The notes beneath the pieces were generated by a model. That model was not told the DNA's origin. It saw only the letters and a list, made by a program, of their open reading frames with translations, and made no database searches. Shown here piece by piece: positions 12,806 to 26,428 of a stretch of DNA of 64,000 nt. This stretch comes from Eledone cirrhosa (lineage: Eukaryota). The DNA is taken from assembly GCA_964016885.1 (NCBI GenBank), contig OZ024740.1, positions 397,606,001 through 397,670,000 on the forward strand, given 5' to 3'. The translations under genes and the position numbers were made by a program. Every line of letters starts with the position of its first letter. Position 1 is the first letter of the stretch.

Positions 12806-13329
12806 AAAAGAGAGTCAGCAGTATGTCAACAGGGGACAGGACAGCGACCTTAGAGTAATGTGTTGATGGTGGGGAGCGAGTGTAGGCGTTATTGTTATTG
12901 TGGTGACGGGGGGTCAGTGAGATGTTACAAGTTCATAGATCACTTCTCTCTTTTCCTCTCTCTTCAAAATTTTGAATTTATGGCCTTTTGCAATGGCGGA
13001 CAAGTATATATAATATATATATATGAAGCAAAGAAAAGAAAATTTTCACTCATATGAAAGATTTCCTGGTAGAGGTTCAGGTGTATCCAGTTTCGGGGTA
13101 TCCAATTAGAAAATCCAACGAATTTTTGAGAGGGGTCCACGCAAGCATATATATAGATATATATATGTATATATGCAAAATGCAAGCAAAAATAACAACA
13201 CATATACTAATGAACATACATTAAACACAGAGGGACTGTAAATGATAATAGCAATATCTAGATATAAATATATAAATGTACATATCTCTATTGGTCTCAT
13301 AAATTCTGAAAGCAAACTCTATTGGTCTC

Positions 13330-15950
13330 ATAATTCCTGAAAGCAAACCTGCTGATGGCGGCAGATGAAGCCTGTGGCTGGAGCAGGCCTATAGGCAGGA
13401 GGAGAGTAACATGGTGGTGGAACAGTAAGGTGGAGGAGTCAATTAAGACCAAAAAGCAGGCTTGGAAAGTATGGCGGGATGGGGGGAAGTAGAGAAGACT
13501 ATCAAGTGGCCAGGATGGAAGCTAGGAGACAAGTGTACTTCGCAAGAAGGGAAGCAGAGGAAAGAAAGTTCAAGCATGTTCTACAATGCGAGGACCAAAA
13601 ACGTGAGGTGTTCAGGATTGCTAGGCAATGTGTCAAGTAAAACCGTGATATTGTCGGGGAGAAGTGTGTCCTTAATGATGATGGTGTACTTGCCATCACT
13701 GATGCTGATAAGAAGGTAGCTTGGAAGTGTCACTATGAAAGGCTACTAAATGAGGAAAATAAATGGGAGAAAGACAGTCTCCCCCACATTGATCCAATAG
13801 AGAGACCAGCAGTGTTAGTCGAAGGTAGTATAATAAGTAAGGCAATCAAAGATATGAAGACGGGTAAGGCGGCTGGGCCTTCGGAAATAGTTGCTGAAAT
13901 GCTGAAAGCTTCTGGAACGGTGGGACACACTATGGTCAGCTGGATAGTAAACCAAGTCATACAGAATGGGGTTGTTCCGAACGACTGGCATAGCATCATC
14001 ATCATTAACTGCTACAAGGGTAAAGGAGATGCTCTTGATAGGGGTAACTATAGAGGCATTAAATTAATCGACCAGGTCCTGAAGGTCACCGAAAAAGTAA
14101 TAGCACAACTAATCAGAGAGCGAATTGATCTAGATGAAATGCAGTTCGGGTTTGTGTCAGGTAAAAGTACCACAGACGCTCTTTTCATTGTAAGACAACT
14201 ACAGGAGAAGTACCTAGCTAAAAGTAAACCCCTATACTTAGCTTTTGTCGACTTGGAGAAAGCCGTTGACAGAGTCCCCCCGTTCCATTATCTTGTGGGC
14301 TCTTAGAAAACTAGGTGTTGATGAATGGCTTGTGAGAGCTATACAAGCCATGTATAAAGAAACAGTCAGCAAGGTTAGAATTAACAACGAATATAGTGAA
14401 GAGTTTAGCGTAAAAGTTGGTGTTCATCAGGGCTCCGTTCTCAGCCCCCTACTATTTATTATTGCCCTTCAGGCTATAACAGAGGAGTTCAAGACCGGCT
14501 GCCCATGGGAACTCCTATACGCAGATGATCTAACGCTCATAGCTGAATCAATGGCTGAACTAGAGAAGAAATTCCAAACATGGAAGCATGACCTAGAATC
14601 AAAAGGCCTTAAAATTAACCTGTCTAAGACTAAAGTTCTAGTTTGTAGGAAGGAAAATAGGGCACCGGTCCCATCCGGGAAATGGCCATGCTCAGTGTGT
14701 AGGAAAGGAGTAGGCAGAAACTCTATTTTATGTCCCAAATGCAAAGTATGGGTGCATAAAAGATGTAGTGGGATCACAAGTAAGCTAACTAAGAATATAG
14801 ATTTTATATGTGGCCGGTGCGCTGGTACAATAAGTAGCAGCAAATGCCCACAGAATACTAGCTCATTCCATTGCACAGATGGTTCTATAGAAATAGTGGA
14901 CAAAATCAGCAGTGGTGGAGGGTGCTCTGAAAGTACAGTAGCTAGAGTCAGAATGGGATAGAAAAAGTTCAGAGAGCTTATACCACTATTGGCCGCTAAA
15001 GGGTTCTCTCTAAAAATGAAAGGCAGGTTGTATGATGCCTGCATACGAACAGCAATGTTACATGGCAGTGAGACCTGGGCATTGTGTGCAGAGGATATAT
15101 GCAGACTGGAGAGAAACGAAGCTTGCATGCTCCGCTGGATGTGTAATAGTAACATACGTGAACGGCAAAGCATAAACGAACTAAGGGAGAAATTAGGAAT
15201 AAAAGGGATCAGATGTTGTTTACTCGAGAGAAGACTACGTTGGTACGGTCATGTGATGCTCATGAAAGACGAGAGCTGTATAAAAAAGTGCAGGGCCACG
15301 GTAGCCACGGAGTAGGCAGACCCAGAAAAACCTGGGACGACTTGATAAATTCCGACCTCACACCTCTCCAAGACAATGTCACTGGACCGAGATCTTTGGC
15401 GCTACAGTTATACAGAAGACCCGCCTTGACTAAGTATAAAGTGAAACCTACAGTCAGTAGGCACCTTTAACAAAATACACCCCCGTCCCACTACCCCCAC
15501 CCCCTTAAATGTGAAGTTATGTTGGTACCACAACATCCAGTTCGAAACAAATGAGGTCGTGTAGGTGTCACGACAAAAAAACACACAGTCCACACTGTAA
15601 TGTGGCCGTGTCGGTAACACGGTAAAAACCTCCCAGTCCACACTGTAAACGTGGTTGGTGTTGGGAAGGGCACCCAGCCGTAGAAAACCCGCCAGACGTG
15701 TAGGTGTCACGACAAAAAAACACACAGTCCACGCTGTAATGTGGCCATGTAGGTAACACGGTAAAAACCTCCCAGTCCACATTTTGTAAACGTGGTTGGT
15801 GTTAGGAAGGGCATCCAGCCGTAGAAAACCCGCCAGACAGTCCTATACGAGCAGGACAACCAATCTTGCCTCAAGTGGGAAAACTCCCGTCCAAACCCAG
15901 GGCAAGCGTGGAAGATGGACGTTAAACGATGATGATGATGATGATGATGA

Positions 15951-15955
<5 letters not shown>
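13330..15955 (+). mobile_element. RTE-clade LINE subfamily A, 3' part (RT + PHD + ~0.5-kb 3' UTR + (GAT)n tail)
   Basis: FLKANLL...TWWWN continues from EERWEF at 8838; RT motifs; frameshifts and stops; ~139-bp tandem duplication at 15558-15837. Confidence 0.92.
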
Positions 15956-15986
<31 letters not shown>

Positions 15987-16255
15987 CAATTTCCAGCTAC
16001 CAAATTTCACTCACAAGGCTTTCATTTACCTAACTTGCCACATAGTGAGAACGAACATGGTTCCAAAGCAAACCTTTCATCCCATAGTGCTGCCTGCATC
16101 CATTAGTTATTAATAAACAAATCTCAACAGGGAGAAATTAAAGATACTTCTGATTATGTAAAGCTTAAAAGTAATGTTCAGTAAAACCACATAAGAAGTA
16201 TTGCATTTTAATAAATAATTTTGAAACATTAAAGATTTTTTTAAAAATAACTTAC

Positions 16256-16282
16256 CATGAGATCAGCTGCTAAACCTATTAT
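16256..16282 (-). CDS. DERL1: Derlin-1 coding exon 4, 27-nt microexon (IIGLAADLM)
   Basis: tatAG / GTAAGT; fills the 9-aa gap between exons 3 and 5 in frame; U12-type branch sequence TCCTTTAC just upstream. Confidence 0.88.
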
Positions 16283-16452
16283 CTATACTACAGTAAAGGA
16301 AAAAAAAAGCTTTAAACTTAAATGTTATTTTCAAATTCCTTTTACAATAGATATAGATTTTTCATAAACCTTACTATATTTCATAATTTCATAGCATGTT
16401 CAACAAAACTTCACTTATCAATAATATTTTCCACCCTGATGATAATAAAGAA

Positions 16453-16662
16453 TTAACCCTTTTAGCATTTACATTACTCTATATTTACTATTATATTTTC
16501 ATGGTAGTCTTTACCTCATATATCGAATCTATGAGATTTTGTTATTATTTATTTTGAGAACAATACCTTAACATCAATATGAGAAGCCAATTATGGCTGG
16601 TTCGAACAGAAAGAGGTGAGAGAATTCTGGCCGGATGGCCAGTTTAAATGCTAAAGAGTTAA
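16453..16662 (+). mobile_element. piggyBac-type MITE copy
   Basis: TTAA at both ends, terminal inverted repeats. Confidence 0.82.
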
Positions 16663-16928
16663 TGAAAAGAGTAAGTTACAATTTACAGTTTTGAGACTTT
16701 CAACAGCCAGATGCCCTTCCTGGTGCCAACTCCTACCTTATTTCAAATATGACGTATAATGCTAATATTTGCTGAACCATACCGTCATGCTGCAGAATAT
16801 ATTGTTTATGGGGTACATAAACAATGTCATCACTTGGCTTTTATAAATGGTGTCAATATAACATTTGTGGCAACTGGCATACACTCCACCACCATCACCT
16901 TATATACATACATACATTTATATATATA

Positions 16929-19900
16929 CTAGCAGTTTAGCCCGGCGTTGCTCGGGTTTGTTCATTTGCTATGAAAAGTTACATACAGGTAAACGTGGTT
17001 TGAAAGCTAATAAGCTTATCAATTAAGTGCATAAATCAGTTGAACTGGTTATTAAAAGTTACGAACCAATTAGCATTTTGGCCAATCAATGATGGGTTAA
17101 TACTCTTTCAATAGCGAATTTAGTAGACCAAAATTGCAAGATGGTCGCCCTGATGTCGCTGGGTGTCAGATCTGTCCGCCATGGGTGACCCTACCAGTTT
17201 TCCAGATGGCATAGCTCCAACACCTGCACCAACATCTATAGCACCTCTTTGTAGACGATATTGCACGTCATCCATTGAGGAGTGTAAGCAAAAAGTCCAT
17301 TCCTGCTCCCTACGCGGGAACAGGCAACATAAAGTTGGCCATGGGAGAAGCATGGCTCCCCCAAATGGATGCCCACCACCGACAATGTTTGCCCTTGTGA
17401 CTTGTTAATGGACATGGCAAAACATGGTCTCACCGGGAATTGGGATCGCCGGAAATCGAACGGGATATCTGACGCCGAGGGGAAAAGGTTCATCCTTGGA
17501 ATGAAAACATTCTCCCCTCTCCTGCACCCCGTTACAATGGTGGCCTCAATCAAGTGGGGCGTCAGTGACTTGACAACCATGCGAGTACCGTTGCACTGCT
17601 TTGGTGAACGCAAGTTCCTTATTAGCATAGTGGGACAGCCAACCCTAAGTTTAAGAATGTGAGGTGGGAGCCCTGGGGGCTCAAGGGAATTTAATAATTC
17701 AACCGGATAACTAAAGATATCGTCGGGGGTCTGACATCCGGTCGATAGATTTGAAGATATGCTCTTTACCGGGAATCTTCTCAATCAGCTGCTTGTTAAT
17801 AAACCATGGTATTTTTCAGAGCAAGGATGGCTCTTTCGCTGAGCCAATCGAGGTTTTTAAAGTTAGATGAGACATTAGGAAAAACTGCTTCCCAAAGGTC
17901 AGAAGGGCTGCTCACAATGTTGCACAGGGAGTTGATTGCTATGCTGCCCTTGTCATCCGCAGGGACAATGCCCTCACCAAGTGCTAAAATGTGCTGAGCA
18001 AATGCTGCAGACATGTTGTCACCATGCAAATGAGCACGCATTTTTGTGCTCAGGTACAAACTCTTCACCTGGAGCCACAACATGGACGACTTAAGGCAGG
18101 CACGCACTTCATCAGCTCGTCCCTTTGGGGATGACAGGCAGTGTTTGCCGAAAATCCCCTGATAGCCGAAGGGTTACGCCACCCATAGGAGCCGTAGAAT
18201 GCCTAATGTCTTTCAGGGTCCTGTCCAATGCCTCAAGGGCACCCTTGTGTGCCATTGTGCACTCATCCCAAACAATTAGGCAACATATTTTGAGAACCAG
18301 AGCTTCATGTGAACTCTTGCTGATATTGCATGTTGGTGTCTCAGTTTTTACTAAATCCAAGGGGAGTTTAAAGGTTGAATGTGCTGTCCTGCCTCCCGAC
18401 AGCAAAGTAGCAGCAATCCCGGACGATGCAACAGCCAACGCAATTTTTTTCTCCTGACAAATCTTAGCGAGAATTTCGCGATCAATTTCGTTACAAAAGT
18501 TTTTCCGGTACTCCCAGGAGCATCGAGAAAGTAAATACCCCCAGTCTGATTTTGAACCGTGTCAATGATAGTTAAATAGGTCAACCTTTGGTCCGACAGA
18601 AGTTTGGGCTCATTTCCTCTAAGTATTGGGAAAGAGATTCGATGTCAAATGCTGTTTCTCGCAACAAATCCGGGGCCAACATGTTAGCTTCCTCTTTGAC
18701 GGTTGACGGCAAGCTCTCTGACGGTTGCTAACTCACTCCCACCCATGTCGAGGAGGGCGTCCTTGATATCAATGAGTGCCCTGTTGTAGATAATGTCACT
18801 GTAACCAACTTCCACTGAAGTATACTGCAGATGAGCCAGGCGCAGGAAGTCCTCAGACATGAAGTCTCTGTACTTGACCCATAAAGATTTGGGATCACCC
18901 AATTCACACTTTTAAAGCAAAATGGCAAAGAGTTCCCGTAGACCTTTAGGTGATTTCAACAAAGCACCCTCTGCTAAAGTGGAATCCCATTGCGAACCAT
19001 CTTCCAAAAGATCAGCTTCCCGGTACATATCACATATTTCTCCATCAACAGTTTTGAGGTCCTGAAAACTTTGTGGGCCTACAACTTCATGCAGAAGAAG
19101 GCGGAGATGAAAGCACTCATGCTGACTTGGGGGCACAGTGTAAACCCTTCCAAGACAGCTGTCAAATTTTACACCAAGATGTCTTTCAACAGCCTGACCT
19201 GACTTTCTTCGCACCCAAGTGTTCGACCATATAAAGTAGGACGGAACCTAGGGGCACACAATTGTTTGCGCAAATGTATCGAACTGGCAAAGTTTGAAGA
19301 AACCTGTCAGAGTGGTCTCTTTCGGATCGGCGGCCAACTTGGCGGCGGTTTGGTCCATAAAGTAAACCCTTTGCCCAATTTCCAAATGTACCGCAAGCTG
19401 TACGATGGTGGGGTGCCGTTGGTGTAGAGGTAAACCAAATAGGCGGCAAAAAGTTTCATTGCTACTGATGTACCACCCCGCTAGGTATTCTGTGACCTCG
19501 TCCCTGCTATTTTCAGCTTGAAATGCAAACATTGCGGCATCAGAGCCCTTATTTACATATTTGCATATGTATTTTATCGACTTGACGGAGTTGCAAAACT
19601 CAATGTGGGCGTTGAACATCTTCAAAAGAAGCGGGCAGTAAGGGACCACCCATCTATTGTCGACTTGACCTTCCCTTACTGTTGTGGTGAAGCCACCGTT
19701 CTCGGGCCATCTCCGCCTGTACAGGGGGTACCCATCGCAACCAGTCTGAGTCTGGTCAACAAATTTTAGGGGGTATCCCTTACTGCACGACCCCCCCCCC
19801 CCTTTCAGACACGTGTGATGCTCATTAGGACCCGACGCACACGGACCATGTTAGCTCTGACGATGTCATGTAATTCCTGGTCAGTTGCTCGGTTAGGGAT

Positions 19901-20494
19901 TTCAGCCAAAATGAAGCTGTCTATGGCATTTGAATTGATTTTATCAGCTAACCAAATCAAAATGTGAACATGTGGCAGCCCTCGTTTTTACCATTCGACG
20001 GTGAACATGTCACATTTTACAGCCCCAAATACCTGACCCTTTTTGATTAAAGCCATGAGTTTAGCCAGTTTCAGTCTGAACACTCTGGCAATGAGGTCAT
20101 GTCTGTTCGAATAATTTTGCCCAGGAAAAAGTTCACGGGTTACATTCCGATTCATATGTCTATAGCATTAATCTGTTATATGAAGTGTTATTTTGCAGGT
20201 TGTTATTTGCAATAAGCCGATTGAAAATGCCCCAGATAAGCCGTATGTCAATACGGAATGCTCCACTGCAGTGTTGTCATATAGGAGTGAAGAGCGACAG
20301 AGAGAGTAAAGCAGTTAAATTATAGAGAGGGGGAATGATCATGATCGATTTTTGCCCTTATTGTCGATGGATTTGAAATTTTTTTGTTTCATGACCTTTT
20401 CCTGACCAAAAGCAATAATTGTCCCGACTTTGAATAGAATCCGTTGGAAATTGTGGATGTGCATACGTTACAAACCTTAACACACACATCCTCA

Positions 20495-20510
<16 letters not shown>
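16929..20510 (-). mobile_element. Helitron (degenerate Rep-PIF1 helicase) within the U12 intron
   Basis: Rep HUH motif EW*KRGLPHVHIL (~19960-20000); helicase motifs FLDAPGSTGKT, VASSGIAA, DE, GDFRQ.LP, QFP...AMSINKSQG; 3' end CCCGAGC-AAC-GCCGGG hairpin + CTAG|T at 16929; 5' end lost in (TA)n. Confidence 0.92.
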
Positions 20511-20548
<38 letters not shown>

Positions 20549-20857
20549 ATCACAGGCTCCCTTACAGTTTGCATCTATCAAATTCACTCACAAGTTATTG
20601 GTCTCCCAAGGTCTATGACACTTGCTGAAGGTGCCAAGTAGCAGGACTGAACCAATCATGTGGTCCAAAGTGAACTTCTTCACTACACAGTTATACCTGC
20701 ACCAATTATGTATGTGTGTGTGTATATATATGTATTATGTATATAAATATTTATGCCATATATATTATGAGTTTCTGTGCAATAAAGTATTTCTTTAAAC
20801 TATATGTAAGGCCATTTATTTTCCATTGTTGTTTCTTAACTCATATTAAAAGGATAC

Positions 20858-20922
20858 AATCAAACAGATCCAGTTGAAGCCCAGCAACATTACATAATCA
20901 GCAGGACGACCTAAAAAGGTTC
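20858..20922 (-). CDS. DERL1: Derlin-1 coding exon 3 (GTFLGRPADYVMLLGFNWICLI)
   Basis: 65-nt exon, ttctAG acceptor, GTATCCTTT donor; F.GRPADY motif. Confidence 0.95.
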
Positions 20923-21579
20923 CTAGAATAAAAAATACAAGATAAGTGAAAGGAATTAGGTTTATATTAACATATAATTTTTTTTATTTATGAACTATAT
21001 TATGTAAATGCAATAAAGAGTTATTCTAATATAGAGTAATCTGACAGATAGAATATAGGTTTATAGTAACAGAAAGTGTCAAATTTTTAGAGGAGGGGTG
21101 TTATTGCTTTGGTCAGCTACAATTCACAATCATTTTATCAACCCTGAAGTAATAGATGACACATGTAAAGTATGAAGGGATGGAACTAAATTGCTTGGTA
21201 CTCAGTCCTGCTCTCTACCTTTTCTGCTGCTCCAGCAGTCACCACAAGACAGTTAAAATATTAATGCTTAAAATAAATGGATCAACTGTGTTATGAAAAA
21301 ACTAAAAATATAGGTTGATGCAACAAGCCATGCACATTACGCTACATACCCCAGGACATCTGGTACACCAGAAATTCTACCAAAGTTCTTGATATCATAT
21401 TCCACACATGAATACCAAAGTTTTGCACTGACTACATAGATTAACCCTTTCATCATGATATTTCTAATGAAATACAATGCCTATGTATTTCAATTAATTT
21501 TCAAAATAATCATACATTTTGAGGAATATAATAAAACATCTGATTCTTTTTATTAGTAAGCGGGTATTTAGAACATTAC

Positions 21580-21798
21580 TTAACCCTTTAGCATTTTAAA
21601 CTGGCCATATCCGGCCAGAATTCTCTCACCTCTTTCTGTTCAAATCGGCTGTAACCAGCCACTCATACTTATGTTAAGGTACTGTTCTCAAAATAAATAT
21701 CAAAATCTCATAGATTCGATATTATGTAAGATAATTATGTAAGATAAAGCCATCTATCAGGAAAATATAATAGTATATATAGATTTATAAAGGGTTAA
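21580..21798 (-). mobile_element. piggyBac-type MITE copy (inverted)
   Basis: TTAA at both ends; reverse complement of the family body. Confidence 0.82.
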
Positions 21799-22757
21799 TA
21801 AATATCATGATAGAAGGTTTCGATATAAGGATAAACGTTTGAAAATGATATTCATGTGCTATCCTGATCTTTTCTATAAACTAGAATCTAAGTCTTGGCT
21901 ATGTTTTGGCATTACAGATTTTCTAAAACCAAGTCATCAATTCCAGACGTTTCATGAACATCATACTGAACTTACTTTATAGAACTAGTATGAAAAGATG
22001 TATGCTAAGGACAGAATACTGAGCATCACTAACTATCTTACATTTATACAGAATTAGACCCTACTTTTACCTCCTACATACATAAGCTGAACTTCTTGAA
22101 AAATCAATAATCCATAAGTATATTTCATATTACCCACCATATTATACACAGCCAACATGAAAAATGAATATCAAAATTATGACAACAGCAATGAAACCTA
22201 AACAGCTAGCATTGTATGTTATTTGTCAGAGATGTTTGCTATTGTCTCATTAAAAAATAAAATGTTCAGTATTATATATATAAATAACCCAATCCTACAC
22301 CCTGTACTAATTTTACCATGATTCTGACAACCTTTCATAATTTGGGTCCTCAACCTCTGTTAGAGTCCATCTCCAGTTAAAAGTGTGTCTACTAAATAAT
22401 AGACTAACGATACTAGATCATACTGATGCTTTCAACATCTCAGCTATAAAGTTGAGGATCCTACATACATTTGATCTCTACAGCAGTAGCTTTATAAGTG
22501 CCACTTGGAATAGGCTCTTTCTCTCTATCTAGCAGTCAAACATTCATACTGCTTGTTGAGAAACCTCACATAGTGATACTTATGCATCACTTTCTTATTC
22601 TATGACATTATCATTGGGGTACTCATCATTTGTCAATTCATACCATCATACCAATGACACAATAATTTGTCTAAAAGGCTCTTATTCTCTTAGCATAGAA
22701 TACAGACAAACCTCCAATCCTTTAACTTAAAGAAATAAAATATTCTCTTCCACATTA

Positions 22758-22963
22758 TTAACCCTTTAGCATTTACATTACTCTATATTTTACTATTGTA
22801 TTTTCACGGTAAAGGCTTTACCTCACATAATATCGAATCTATGAGATTTTGATATTATTTATTTTGAGAACATCAGTATAAGCAGCTGGTTATAGCCAGT
22901 TTGAACAGAAAGAGGTAAGTGAATTTTGGCCGGAGACAGCTGGTTTAAATGCTGAAGGGTTAA
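22758..22963 (+). mobile_element. piggyBac-type MITE copy
   Basis: TTAA CCCTTTAGCATTT ... AAATGCTGAAGGG TTAA. Confidence 0.85.
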
Positions 22964-23079
22964 ATATAAAACAATAAAGCACATCCATTTTTCTCAGCTT
23001 TTCATTTAGAGTTGAAATGGAAGAAATTTTAAAAGATTAAGAAAGTTGAAAGAAATAATAAACAAAATAGAAATAATAC

Positions 23080-23191
23080 CTGTTTCCAAACGAACTGAAT
23101 AAGAATATAGAAAGTACAAATTCATGAGGTAATGGAACCCTCGAGGACCAGAAATAGGGTAATACAGAACCGATGTTAATAGCCTCCATAT
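23080..23191 (-). CDS. DERL1: Derlin-1 coding exon 2 (IWRLLTSVLYYPISGPRGFHYLMNLYFLYSYSVRLET)
   Basis: 112-nt exon, ttttcAG / GTATTA; WR motif and NLYFLY.YS.RLE. Confidence 0.96.
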
Positions 23192-26100
23192 CTGAAAAGA
23201 AAAAAAATAAATAAAACATGTTTATATACATACACTATTTTGATATTGTATTTATCTTATTGGTACAAGTTAGGAGAAATAGGATACTGAATTAAATGCC
23301 CTTCCTCCTATGCCTAAACTAGAAATTTTTTTTTTTAAATTACCATATTCAACTGGCACAAACAAGTCTATTGCTTTCTAATCAGAGGTAATCATAGAGG
23401 AATAATTTTAGTGGTTTAAAAGAGGGAAGGACTCTCTAATTCTTAGCAATGTGTAGCTTTACTAGATGCCCGTCCTAATGCCAACGACTTTACATAGATT
23501 ACAGTGTGCATTTGTCACCAGCACTAGCTAAATATATATGAGGGTGAACCTTAAAGTAGTCGCTTGAACTGCTAGATATAGCAGCCAAACCTTGATCGAA
23601 TCACACTACCATCTTTAAAAAAATAAGACCACATTTGATAATGTAGGATTAAATATATTAATGCTTCAATAAAAGAAGAAATGATAATGGCTGCAAAATT
23701 GTTGATCATAGATCTGCTAGGTCAGGGCTAAACATCAGCAATATACTTGACTGCTTTCTCACAAGCCCAACCCAACTTTTATCCAGCTATCACAGTCTTT
23801 CCTCCTTCAGATTGTTTGACCATTATTTAATTGTAGCAACAAAGTTCACATCGATCTGATACACAACACTAAACTTCTGATATCTCAAATCCCCAGGTTT
23901 AAACTTGTCACTCATGACAGCAAATATTCTTCACCTAATACTTATTTGTGGTGGGTGAGCAATGTTATTCTAGATGTGACACATTACATCCCTTACATTC
24001 CAAAGCTCACAACCCCAAGTGATTCACTTTCAGCTATGATGCAGCAATCACTTTTAAGACCCTTTGCCCCTGGGTAAGAGAGAGATGTACCATTTGATAT
24101 GCTAGTCAGTTACTCTTTTACTCTTTTCCAGATCCTGGATGCTGTGATAAAGGTGAGGATGACAGCATCCATAGTCAAACGGAATAAAATTCTAAAACAC
24201 TAAGATTTATAAGCAAACTATTCTTTTCCATCCTGTGGTATTCAAGATATCTGGAGTAGCTGGGCTGTTGACAACGAAGTTCTTATCATCATTGACAGCT
24301 CGCCATACCAAGGTATGAAGTCATGCCTGTGAAGGTGCATGCTTGTTCACCTTACCCTCGCTATCACCAACGGTAATGTAGCGAGTGTTGGATTGCCTCA
24401 AAAATTATTAAAGGGAGGCTCCAGCGTCCATTGTTGTGGTGTGTGGTTGAATGTGCGGGTCTTCTCACACCTTTTTCTTCTGCTTAATTGTACTCAATTG
24501 CACAGCATATTAATGGATGTGTTTCTTACGCATTTTCTAGCGTTTACTGGCTCTTTCAAGTGGTAAACGACATACCACCTATATCCAAGCCTAACTCGAT
24601 GAATCCATATCTCCTCCTCTTATAACAGACTGTCTCCACCCTCAAACCCCAACCAGCACTTTATCCTATCATTCCTTTCCAGAGTTGCCCAATTGGAATT
24701 TTCCTTCTATACACGATTTTCTGGAGAAGTTAAAGCTGAATAACAACTACAAGGCAACGTTTACATGTCACGAAGGCATCATTTGTTTAATTACTCTTAT
24801 TTGTTTATGCTAAATCATCTATATACAACACATTTGTTAAGCATTGCAATTCATAGCCAATATGTTTTTGAAATCCAAACATCCATGTGGTTTTCGAAAA
24901 GTAACTTCAGCAAGGAAGAAATAGCTTTTAAGTCTACGTCATCAGATTGCCAAAACACTGAAAACATTCAGAACTCGTAGTTAACCGGTTTTGAAATGAT
25001 GAAGAACCAAAAATACTCGGAATTGATCAACCGGTGAATTTTATAACTGTTCGCTATACAAGGTCCTTCAAACTACCGTCTACCAAAAGCAGCTTGGCCA
25101 TCGCCTCATTGATGCTTGCGGCGATAAAAGATTCTCCTTTGTTGTTTCAATGAATTAAATGCCACCAGCGTTGTGACTTGTTTCAAGAATTACTAACATG
25201 ACCATAGCAAGTATTTCTTAAAAGTATAACGAATAACGATCAAACTAAATTATACTCCGAAGTATATTTATCTCCCTTCGTTTGCGCCCCACCATATTTG
25301 GCAATACACCCGAAATCCGTCATCGATAAACAAGAGTATAGTCATGTAATTATTATTGTTGCTATCATCAATGTTTAAACACACCATTTCACAGTGAAGT
25401 TGTTTTCGCCTTAGTTTTAGAGATCCATTCCTTATTGGTGTTCAAGAGATGATTGACTGCAAAAAAGGGCGATTGTTGTTTGTTTATGTATAAAAGACTG
25501 CTTCTGCATCGTATTAAGTAACGGGCGTGATAAAAATAATCCATATATATTTACGAATATAAACTTTTAGAATCAAAAATCATTGGTTTAAACGAGTTTC
25601 AGTGATGTTATGACTCAATATTTCGGAGAAATTTATACTTAGTTTAAGATTCGCTTCCTTAATCCACTAAATACATTTGACGATTCCGAGCAACTAATCT
25701 AATTAAAAGGCTTTCGTTACAAACTTTTAATTGTAACAGTAAGAATAATAGTATCATCAACCCCAAAGCTATAATTCAGTATGAGATAACATTAGGGTTG
25801 TTATTCTGAATAGTTGACATAATCGAAGAGTTGTTTATCCTCAAATCAGACTTGATTGAGAAGACCTGTGTTAAAAGGTGTCTATGCTGTAACTACCTTG
25901 CCTTTTTTTATACTTTTGGAAATAGTCTTGAAATAAGAAAACGAAAATATATCTCGCCCGATTCACCTGATTCATTGTAATAAAACGTAATTTGAGGTGT
26001 TTGGTTGCTAATTCTAATACGTCGAGCGACTGCGTAGAGACTCTCTTGCTGGCTCGATAACCGAGACTTTTGTATTCAGACCTTTTCGGGAGATATTCTT

Positions 26101-26212
26101 GAAAGCAAATGCCAAAATAAAATGTACCTTTCATATGTTTTGTATTAAAGATAAATTGTATAAAAAGTTATTGTAAGATAATCATTTACAATAGTATCAA
26201 AACAATGTAATC

Positions 26213-26428
<216 letters not shown>

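Larger units (their letters stand above)
16283..20857 (-). other. U12-type (minor spliceosome) GT-AG intron, DERL1 intron 3
   Basis: 5' site GTATCCTTT; TTCCTTTAC branch-like sequence with the A 12 nt before the 3' AG; no pyrimidine tract between branch and AG. Confidence 0.88.

Noticed and set aside
12281-12853. Poly-His/Thr/Cys/Val ORFs on both strands
   Set aside because: Translations of trinucleotide microsatellites with no coding signal.
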